Origin: a virus
Taxonomy: Duplodnaviria > Caudoviricetes
IMG/VR virus record: IMGVR_UViG_3300037461_001255
Span: 1-26,262 of that record
Length of the DNA stretch: 26,262 bases
Direction: 5' to 3' (one strand)
Part shown: positions 17,280 to 24,304 of the stretch, one piece after another
How the letters are laid out: each line of letters begins with the position of its first letter
Numbering within the stretch: position 1 is the first letter of the stretch
Notes under the pieces: generated by a model
Told to the model about the DNA's origin: nothing
What the model saw: the letters and a program-made list of their open reading frames with translations, nothing else
The model's database searches: none
Program-made: the position numbers and the translations under genes

Positions 17280-18631
17280 AAAAAAGAATAGTTATTAGTT
17301 ATTGGTTATTGGTTATTGGGCTGCTTGCCACTTGCCACTTGCCACTTGCCACTTGCGAAGCCGCCACCAACCTCTATTTAAACGTCTCAGACGTGGAGCT
17401 TGTGCGCCGCTTAGCGGCCATCACCAACCTTGAGGCATCTGTCTCTAACCTCAACCTGTCCACCAACAGCATCAACAGCTCGCTCACCAACCTGAACGTC
17501 ACGGTCTCCAACCTCGACACCTCGGTAACGAACAGCCTGCTGCCGTTGTCCAACCGCGTGGATCTGGTCGAAGCCGACCTCGAAGCCTCGCTCGGCAACT
17601 ATTCAAACAGTTATCTGAAAGTTTCCGGCACCTGGAAAGGATCGGGCTTTAACTATTATTATGCCGGTCAGACCAACAGCCGCCCGATGTACACCGTCAA
17701 TTTCGGCACCAACATCGGCTCCGACTCTGTTTATTATAACAGCACCAACTGGGTCGCCGTGCAGAGTGTGACTGGCAACCTGTTTAATGATGCCTCTGAT
17801 CCGCTCATTCCGCATCATCAGTCTTTGGACTCCAACGCCATCCCGCCGCAGGTCTTGTCGCGCAACCTCACCAACGAATACAGCTCCGGAACCATGTACA
17901 TCCGCTTCATCTCCAGCGCCGAGGCCGATCTCGAAGATGCCGTTTATCTCGAAGCCTGGAACGCCATCCAGCCCTTCATTTCCGGCAGCACGATCAATGG
18001 CGATCCGTATGTGGAGCTCTCCACCAACGGCAGGCCGGTGTTTTATATATCGTCGGCAGAAGACGGCTATTATTACGAGCCCGGCTATTGGTTCCGCCTC
18101 GACGCATCCAGCAACCGGACCAGTTACATGACCGCGAAGTCGTGGCTGCCGCCGCGCACCGCCAAGGCCGCCAACTACGACGGAACTCTTGCGACTGTAA
18201 CAAATGTTTTCGACGTATCTTCCGGCAATTTAGAAGTCTCGTATGGTAGTGTTAGCAATGGGTTTTCTGCATTAACAAAAGATTTTAGTGGATCGTATGT
18301 TTTGCTTGGCACCAATGTCTATGAACACAACGGCCCGGTTAATGGACGGCCATCTTATATAAACTCTGGAGGAAAAGAACTTAAATGGGCGGACGGTATC
18401 TGGTCGTTTGCAATGTTAAGCGGAACGAACCCGGCAATATATTACGTTAGCTCCTATTCACTTGTGCCCCCAATGTCGGGCTGGCTGGATTCTGGATTAA
18501 ACCCCTTGGAAACCGAGACCAGCATTTATATAAACTGGGGTGTCGCTGTAAAAACCAACCGCGCGGCGGCGGCGGTTGGCCAGTTCTACACCATCGGCAC
18601 CAACGACGCGGTTTACCTGCGAAAGGATTAA
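17276..18631 (+). CDS. Exported fibre/adhesin-like protein 1
   Basis: Repeat-encoded signal peptide; S/T/N coiled coil; repeated N[GS]RP-x-(F)Y modules; 22 [ST]N by manual count. Confidence 0.75.
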   Translation: MKKRIVISYWLLVIGLLATCHLPLATCEAATNLYLNVSDVELVRRLAAITNLEASVSNLNLSTNSINSSLTNLNVTVSNLDTSVTNSLLPLSNRVDLVEADLEASLGNYSNSYLKVSGTWKGSGFNYYYAGQTNSRPMYTVNFGTNIGSDSVYYNSTNWVAVQSVTGNLFNDASDPLIPHHQSLDSNAIPPQVLSRNLTNEYSSGTMYIRFISSAEADLEDAVYLEAWNAIQPFISGSTINGDPYVELSTNGRPVFYISSAEDGYYYEPGYWFRLDASSNRTSYMTAKSWLPPRTAKAANYDGTLATVTNVFDVSSGNLEVSYGSVSNGFSALTKDFSGSYVLLGTNVYEHNGPVNGRPSYINSGGKELKWADGIWSFAMLSGTNPAIYYVSSYSLVPPMSGWLDSGLNPLETETSIYINWGVAVKTNRAAAAVGQFYTIGTNDAVYLRKD

Positions 18632-18636
18632 GGGCC

Positions 18637-19776
18637 ATGAAAAAGAAAAAAGCGTTTCGAGTTTCGGGTTGGGGAAGTTTCGAGTTGAGGTCAAAAATCA
18701 TTCTGCTCCAAAATCATTCTGCCAAAATTCTTTGTCTTCTGATCTCTGTCCTCTGTCCTCTGACCTCTGCCCACGCCGCGCAGCGCGAACTTTCCGAACG
18801 TTGGAAGGTCGAAGCCGGGCAGAAGCAGAAGCAGGCGATCAAATTCTTCCAGGCCGAATCGGTGCAGCTCACCGAGACCATCACCCAGAACGGCACCAAC
18901 CTCGATCTGACGGCCACCAACCTCGTGGTTGTTTGGGAAATCCAAGGCTGGAGCGATTTTACAAACACCTATTGCATCAGTACGGGTTTGGTAAATCAAA
19001 CCCTCTCCAACGCCGTCACCTTCACCTTAACCCCCTCGCAGGCCAACCTCACGGCCTCGAATTATCTGGGCTTTGTCCGCGCCTTGCAAAGCACCGGCAC
19101 GAACCTTTCGCAGGTCGCGGTACTGGCCTACCAGACCGTCGCGGTCGAATGGTCGCCGGACAGCCGGTTTTACAGCATCGTCACGCCGCTAACCTATCCG
19201 CCGCTTTATTCCATCGCCGATTACGCCGCCCTAACTAACAGCATTCAGGCGGGCTCTAACCTCGTCATCACCGCCAGCAACGCCCTGGCCGCCGCGACCG
19301 GGCTGGTGCAGACCAACCTCAACACCGCCAGCAACGCGCTGGCCGCCGCAACCGGCCTCGTGCAAACCAACCTCAACACCCTCTCAAACATTGTCGTCAT
19401 GACCCAGGCTGACATCACTACAATGGGCGGAGCCATCTCAAAAAGTGTTGTTCAGTTTGATAGTAATTATACTCTTCCCTATATCGGCATGACAAACGAC
19501 AGGCCGCGCTACAAACTGGATGATGGAGCTGTCACCGAAGCCTATTATACCGGTGCATTCTGGAAAATTGACTCTGAGCATGATGGGGATATATGGACAA
19601 ACGGCTCCAGTTCTTTTTTCCCGCCATCCGGGACCTGGGATATTGCTACATCTGACGATCCAAGGCAGGTTGTGTTTTTCCCAGGCTTTATGTTTGTCGC
19701 GACCAACGCGGCTACGGCCAGTAAGGGCGGATTTTACACAGTAGGGACCAACACGGAGATTAACATTAAACGATAA
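18637..19776 (+). CDS. Exported fibre/adhesin-like protein 2
   Basis: Repeat-encoded N-terminus ending AHA; 18-aa tandem repeat; NDRPRY module; C-terminal motif shared with protein 1. Confidence 0.75.
   Translation: MKKKKAFRVSGWGSFELRSKIILLQNHSAKILCLLISVLCPLTSAHAAQRELSERWKVEAGQKQKQAIKFFQAESVQLTETITQNGTNLDLTATNLVVVWEIQGWSDFTNTYCISTGLVNQTLSNAVTFTLTPSQANLTASNYLGFVRALQSTGTNLSQVAVLAYQTVAVEWSPDSRFYSIVTPLTYPPLYSIADYAALTNSIQAGSNLVITASNALAAATGLVQTNLNTASNALAAATGLVQTNLNTLSNIVVMTQADITTMGGAISKSVVQFDSNYTLPYIGMTNDRPRYKLDDGAVTEAYYTGAFWKIDSEHDGDIWTNGSSSFFPPSGTWDIATSDDPRQVVFFPGFMFVATNAATASKGGFYTVGTNTEINIKR
19270..19377 (+). repeat. 2 x 54-bp coding tandem repeat (TASNALAAATGLVQTNLN)
   Basis: Identical peptide in both units, with synonymous nucleotide differences. 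Confidence 0.9.
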
Positions 19777-19785
19777 AGGAGACTC

Positions 19786-20130
19786 ATGATTAAACCGCGT
19801 TATATACTGATTGGATTCGCCGCCGTCGCGGCGGTGTTCGCAGACTACTCCGTCACGGTGTCGGTGCCGAAAACCGAAGTCGTTGAAGTGACCGCGATCG
19901 CGACGATTGCGGTGATGGAATCCATCACGGTTGATCTGCGCGGGGCAGAGCCGACCTACCGGCTGCGCATCGCGCTTAAAGACAAGGATGGCGCGGTACT
20001 GGCCCGTAAAACCGCGAAGCTGACCAACGATCAGATTAAAACCATGATGCCCGCGATCGACGATATTCTGCTGGCAGGCCGTGGCGCGGTGTCTGCAAAC
20101 ATTAAATTAATACTTGCCCTGGCGGAATAA
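19786..20130 (+). CDS. Signal-peptide-bearing hypothetical protein
   Basis: AAGGAG SD; MIKPRYILIGFAAVAAVFA signal. Confidence 0.75.
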   Translation: MIKPRYILIGFAAVAAVFADYSVTVSVPKTEVVEVTAIATIAVMESITVDLRGAEPTYRLRIALKDKDGAVLARKTAKLTNDQIKTMMPAIDDILLAGRGAVSANIKLILALAE

Positions 20131-20336
20131 TGACCATCCACCACCAATTCAACTGCATCGACGGACTGCTGCTGATCTGCCTGCTGATCGTCTTCTGCTG
20201 GCTGATGTCCGGATGCAACTCGCCGCTGATTCAGGTCAATCGGCAGGGTTCCATTTTGCCTGATGTGAATGTTTTGAACGGGTCCCTAAACGGTAACGAG
20301 GCCAACGGCAACGATATAAAGGTTCCGGCCCTATGA
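20130..20336 (+). CDS. Small lipoprotein
   Basis: Hydrophobic stretch ending in the LMSG-C lipobox. Confidence 0.65.
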   Translation: MTIHHQFNCIDGLLLICLLIVFCWLMSGCNSPLIQVNRQGSILPDVNVLNGSLNGNEANGNDIKVPAL

Positions 20337-20497
20337 ACACCCTCTTCGCCATCCTGGTGATCATCCTCGCCATCGTTCTGCTGGCGCTCGTGGCCGTCCG
20401 CAACTTCAAGCGCCTGCGCATGGGCTGCTTCTTCGACCTGGAAGCCAAGGATCAGAAGACAGAAGTCAGAAGTCGGCGGGCAGAGGAGTCCGAATGA
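20333..20497 (+). CDS. Small single-TM protein (54 aa; not in ORF track)
   Basis: MNTLFAILVIILAIVLLALVAVRNFKRLR...; ATGA overlaps on both sides. Confidence 0.65.
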   Translation: MNTLFAILVIILAIVLLALVAVRNFKRLRMGCFFDLEAKDQKTEVRSRRAEESE

Positions 20498-20646
20498 AAA
20501 TGATTTTGCCCACAATGATTTTGCCAATTATCCGCCTTGGCCGGTTCCTCAGCTTCTGCCTGATTGCCGTTTCCGCTCTTTTTGTACTGGCCTCAATTAT
20601 TGTTCTGCAAACCCTCTGCACCTCGGAACTGCCAAAACATGTTTGA
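20494..20646 (+). CDS. Small membrane protein (50 aa; not in ORF track)
   Basis: GAGGAG SD; MKMILPTMILPIIRLGRFLSFCLIAVSALFVLASIIVLQ...; overlaps the gpF start. Confidence 0.55.
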   Translation: MKMILPTMILPIIRLGRFLSFCLIAVSALFVLASIIVLQTLCTSELPKHV

Positions 20647-21469
20647 AAACCCCATACCCTTTAAAGAAGCCCTCGCCGCTTTCGCGGCCCGCAGGCTCAT
20701 GCCGACCGCCGCCGGATCGGCGGAGATCGCGCAGCTCGCCCCCGCCATCCGCGAACGCGCTTTTTTTTCTGCCAAGGTCGAGGATGCCAACTTTCTCGCC
20801 CAGGCTGACCGCCTGATCGGCGGGATCGTCAGTCCCTCGAGCGCGATCGGCTCGGTGCCAGGACGCGCCAGTCCGTTCAACGCCATCGAGGCCCGCGCCG
20901 CCATGCAGGATTATCTCAAGTCGGTCGGCTATTCTGTAGATCCCGCTAAAGCGGGAGGTCTCCAAGACCTCTCCAGCAACACGCGCCTCGATCTCATTCT
21001 CAAAATGAACACCGACATGGCGCAGGGTGCCGGTCAGTTCACCGTCCAGAACGATCCGGACATTCTCGACGCGTTCCCATGTTTGGAACTCTACCGCCTC
21101 GAATCCCGCAAAGAGGAGCGCAACTGGAACTCCCGCTGGGTGCGCGCCGGTGGCCGTTTATTCGGTGGCCGCATGATCGCCACTAAAGACGATCCAATCT
21201 GGGAGGAGATCAGCGCCTTCGGCAACGCTTACCCTCCCTATGATTACAACTCCGGCATGTGGACTCGCGAGATCGATCGCGGCGAGGCCGAAGACCTCGG
21301 AGTCATCAAACGCAGCACGGTTGTCCAGCCGCAGACTCTTTCCTTTAATAAGGGAGTTGAATCGGCCTTCCCGCAGAACATCAGCAAAGGTCTTGCAGAG
21401 GCAGTTCTTGAGGCGTTCAGGGACTTTGCAAAATACAGTGCCGGTAAGTTGATAATGGAGGCGCTATGA
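20639..21469 (+). CDS. Mu gpF-like head morphogenesis protein
   Basis: ATG 20639; RAFFSAKV, RLDLILKMN, DDPIW...YPPYDYNSG motifs. Confidence 0.8.
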   Translation: MFENPIPFKEALAAFAARRLMPTAAGSAEIAQLAPAIRERAFFSAKVEDANFLAQADRLIGGIVSPSSAIGSVPGRASPFNAIEARAAMQDYLKSVGYSVDPAKAGGLQDLSSNTRLDLILKMNTDMAQGAGQFTVQNDPDILDAFPCLELYRLESRKEERNWNSRWVRAGGRLFGGRMIATKDDPIWEEISAFGNAYPPYDYNSGMWTREIDRGEAEDLGVIKRSTVVQPQTLSFNKGVESAFPQNISKGLAEAVLEAFRDFAKYSAGKLIMEAL

Positions 21470-21600
21470 GTTTCGAGTTTGCCACTTCGTTGCCGCGCTT
21501 CGCGACGGCCTCTGCCTTCGGCGGTCGAGTTTCGAGTTTGAAAAGTAGAACGAGCGTCCCGCTCGTTTCCCGCTCACTGTCTGCGTGGAGGCTCTTATGA
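21466..21600 (+). CDS. Repeat-built 44-aa bridging ORF (not in ORF track)
   Basis: GGAGG SD; ATGA overlap with the gpF stop and with the next start; composed of GTTTCGA repeats, CTTCG hairpins and a GTAG palindrome. Confidence 0.4.
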   Translation: MSFEFATSLPRFATASAFGGRVSSLKSRTSVPLVSRSLSAWRLL

Positions 21601-22196
21601 TTACCGCCGTTTATCGTGGCTTTTCCGGCGGCCCCGGCCTGGTCAGTGCGCTGATCCGCCGTCTCGACCGCGTTAAGTTCGAGGGCAAAAAGCTGCCGCC
21701 GGTCATCAACCACATTTACCGCCGCTTTGAGTTCACCGACCGCCCGTCGCTGCTCACCGAAAGCCACTACAGCGGCGGCGTGCAGATCACCCCGCACAGC
21801 CACCTGCTGGAGGCGGTTAAGGTGGGCAGGGTAACGCACTGCTACGAGCGCCGCGTAGATGTGTCGGCGCAGCAGGCCGAACTGCTCTGGCTCAACCACG
21901 AGCGTGTGCATGGCGATGCCTACGATGTCGGCCTGATTCTTTCCTACTGGACCTGGCTGCGCTTCGGCGGACGCACCGCTGACCGCCACTTTTCCCGCAA
22001 CATTAAAAACCGCCGCTGGACCTGCAACGAGCTTTACGTCGCCACGGGTGCAGGCATCGAACCCGATCTGCCCGATCTCGATCTGCGCCTAACCCCCGAA
22101 GCCCTCTTCATCCGCACCTTCGGCCAGCCCTCTGCGCTTCTTAGTACGGGCGACATGCATGTCGCCCCCCCGCGCCCAGGAGGCGACACCCCATGA
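21597..22196 (+). CDS. Permuted papain-like NlpC/P60 (YiiX/YebB-like) amidase/peptidase
   Basis: His first (INHIY), AYDVG, then Cys in RWTCNEL; GGAGG SD. Confidence 0.65.
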   Translation: MITAVYRGFSGGPGLVSALIRRLDRVKFEGKKLPPVINHIYRRFEFTDRPSLLTESHYSGGVQITPHSHLLEAVKVGRVTHCYERRVDVSAQQAELLWLNHERVHGDAYDVGLILSYWTWLRFGGRTADRHFSRNIKNRRWTCNELYVATGAGIEPDLPDLDLRLTPEALFIRTFGQPSALLSTGDMHVAPPRPGGDTP

Positions 22197-22735
22197 GCCT
22201 GACAATCCAGATCAAAGACCGCGAAGTCCGCGACCTGCTCGGCAAAATCAAAAAGGCCGGGCCGAACGGCCGTAAAATCGCCGCGCACGCTGCCGCCCGC
22301 ACCACGCAGGATCATTTCGCCAAGCTCGCCGGATCGCGCCACCGATCCGCCGCCTCGCACAACTTTTATTCCCGCGCCGCCAAGGCTACGGTGGGCCGCG
22401 TGTCCGGCGAGCAGGTCATTGTCAGCATCGATGCGCTCGGCATCGCCCTGCGCCGCTACGGCGGCACGGTCACGCCCAAACGCCGCAAATATCTGGCCCT
22501 GCCAGCCGAAGACAACGCCACCGCCATCAACAATTCACCGCGTCAGGTTCCGGATCTCCACTTCCGCCGCAACCGCGACGGCAACGGCGGTCGCCTCTGC
22601 GACAAACAGGGACGCGTCTTCTATTGGCTGGTTAAAAAATCCAAGCACGATCCGGACACCTCGGTACTGCCCACCGCCGCCGACTTCGAGAATACCATCA
22701 TCCCGGTTCTTCAGCGCGAAATTGAAAGGCAATAA
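22193..22735 (+). CDS. Mu gpG-like virion morphogenesis protein
   Basis: ALRRYGGTVTPKRRKYLALP motif; basic, 180 aa. Confidence 0.75.
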   Translation: MSLTIQIKDREVRDLLGKIKKAGPNGRKIAAHAAARTTQDHFAKLAGSRHRSAASHNFYSRAAKATVGRVSGEQVIVSIDALGIALRRYGGTVTPKRRKYLALPAEDNATAINNSPRQVPDLHFRRNRDGNGGRLCDKQGRVFYWLVKKSKHDPDTSVLPTAADFENTIIPVLQREIERQ

Positions 22736-22738
22736 ACC

Positions 22739-24304
22739 ATGGCCAAATCATCCATTCTCGACATCATCATCGGTTTAAAAGACAACGCCTCCGCCGGAAT
22801 TAAAAAGCTGGAAGACACCTTCCACGCTGGAATTGAGCGCATGAAAACCGCCGCCTTGGTTTTGGCTGGCGGTGCCCTTGCCGGGCTGGCCGCATCATTC
22901 TGGCAGCTTACAAAGGCGGTTAAGGAGTTCGCCGGGCAGGAACTTGGCGAGGTCGCGATGGAGTCTGCTCTGAAACAGATGGGCCAATATACAGATGCCT
23001 ATAAACAAAAGCTTTCCGATCTGTCCAACCAGTACCAAAAACTGACGGGTATCGGCGATGAAATGTGGCTCAAAGCCGCAGGCCAGTTGACCCGCTTCGG
23101 CATGACCTCAAAAAACGTCGATCAGGTCTTTAAAGCGCTCAGCAATTTGACCGGTCTAATGGATGGCAATTTCGACGGCGCGGTCATGTCCATGCAACGC
23201 GCTCTGGAGGGCGAGTTTGGCATGTTCGGTCGCTTAGGAATTAAGTTCGAAGAAACTGGCGACAAAGTGGCCGATCTAAACAGGCTTATGGATCTACTGG
23301 CTGAAAAAGGTGCCGGGGCATTAGAAGCACGCGCTCAAACTCTTTCCGGGAAGTGGACAACGCTGCAAAACGCAATCAGCGATTTCCGTGAGGAGGTGGG
23401 GCGAACACTCACCGAATCGCTTGGTTTGAAAGACGGTTTGGGATGGCTTACTGAAAAGTTCGATGCCCTCGCCGAGTCGGCTAAAGCTGGAAGGCTCCAC
23501 GATATTCTAACCAACGCCGGGACCGCTGTCCAAAACTGGGCTAAAGATATCGCCGATGTGGTGGATCAAATCCACTCCGTTGAGGATCTAAAAATCGTCG
23601 CGGGCGTGATCGGCGAGCGGTTCGTCGATTTTGTAGTCGGAGCCGGGAAAAAAATCGGGAAGGCGATAGCCGATGGAATGGTCGAGGCAATTCCGGGAGG
23701 CGGGCTATTAAAGAAGATCGGCGAAGGGATCAACACGGCGTATGGCTATACGCCGGTTGGTGCCGCGTTGAACACAATCGACAAGGCAAACAACCTGCCA
23801 AATAGAACGACGTGGGTTGAAGAGGCAAACTCCCGCCTTCAAGCCAGTAAAACACCGATTGAAATTTCTGCCGCCTCGCAGCAAGCGCTGGCTGATAAAA
23901 TAAATAAGACCTCGGATAAAGATAAATTAATTCGTATCCAGATCCCGGACGGCGAGTTCATCGGCGATGCAAAAGGGCTGCAAGAATTCATCGACAATCT
24001 GCGCGAAACCGATTCCGCTTTAGCCGACATGCTCCAGCAAACACTGGACACCCAGGGCACCGCGCAGAAGGTTCAGGAAGAAACGTCTAAATCCCTTAAA
24101 TCGGTCGAGGAATCGCACACCAACGTTCAGCAAACGATGCGCTCGGCATCGGCTGCCGCCGTCGCCACCTCGCAGGTCGCCACCCAGACCGTCGCAGTCA
24201 CGCAGCAGGTCGTCGCATCGCAGGCGATTCAGGCCGGGCAGTTGTCCGCCATGCGCGCCGAAATTGGCCGCATCAATTCCAAACTCCGGAGCATGAACGC
24301 ATGA
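22739..24304 (+). CDS. Tape measure protein
   Basis: IIIGLKDNAS start, alanine-rich helical sequence, QTLSGKWTTLQNAISDFREEVG motif. Confidence 0.85.
   Translation: MAKSSILDIIIGLKDNASAGIKKLEDTFHAGIERMKTAALVLAGGALAGLAASFWQLTKAVKEFAGQELGEVAMESALKQMGQYTDAYKQKLSDLSNQYQKLTGIGDEMWLKAAGQLTRFGMTSKNVDQVFKALSNLTGLMDGNFDGAVMSMQRALEGEFGMFGRLGIKFEETGDKVADLNRLMDLLAEKGAGALEARAQTLSGKWTTLQNAISDFREEVGRTLTESLGLKDGLGWLTEKFDALAESAKAGRLHDILTNAGTAVQNWAKDIADVVDQIHSVEDLKIVAGVIGERFVDFVVGAGKKIGKAIADGMVEAIPGGGLLKKIGEGINTAYGYTPVGAALNTIDKANNLPNRTTWVEEANSRLQASKTPIEISAASQQALADKINKTSDKDKLIRIQIPDGEFIGDAKGLQEFIDNLRETDSALADMLQQTLDTQGTAQKVQEETSKSLKSVEESHTNVQQTMRSASAAAVATSQVATQTVAVTQQVVASQAIQAGQLSAMRAEIGRINSKLRSMNA

Larger units (their letters stand above)
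68..21540. repeat. Dispersed heptamer tandem repeats (GCCACYT, TCTGACC, AATCSGC, GTTATTG, AACTCGA families)
   Basis: Runs at 68-100, 6436-6468, 7338-7381, 7694-7763, 10931-10954, 11046-11079, 11544-11572, 14472-14503, 15343-15370, 17291-17356, 18654-18769, 20449-20476, 21469-21540. Confidence 0.9.
6143..22167. repeat. Dispersed REP-like palindrome family GTA[AGC]GGGC-N-GCCC[AC]TAC (about 15 copies)
   Basis: Copies start near 6143, 7153, 8313, 9148, 10988, 11355, 11516, 13046, 14035, 14531, 15033, 15291, 16763, 21545 (variant) and 22144. Confidence 0.9.

Noticed and set aside
19721-19735. GTAAGGGCGGATTTT as another REP copy
   Set aside because: Only the left half matches, there is no closing GCCC arm, and it encodes the conserved C-terminal motif
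17276-19776. Diversity-generating retroelement acting on fibre C-termini
   Set aside because: Similarity between the two ends is at protein level only; no near-identical TR/VR pair differing at adenines and no reverse transcriptase in the window
6143-22167. Palindromic 24-28 bp repeats as a CRISPR array
   Set aside because: Dispersed at irregular distances, variable inner sequence, no constant-length spacers and no cas genes
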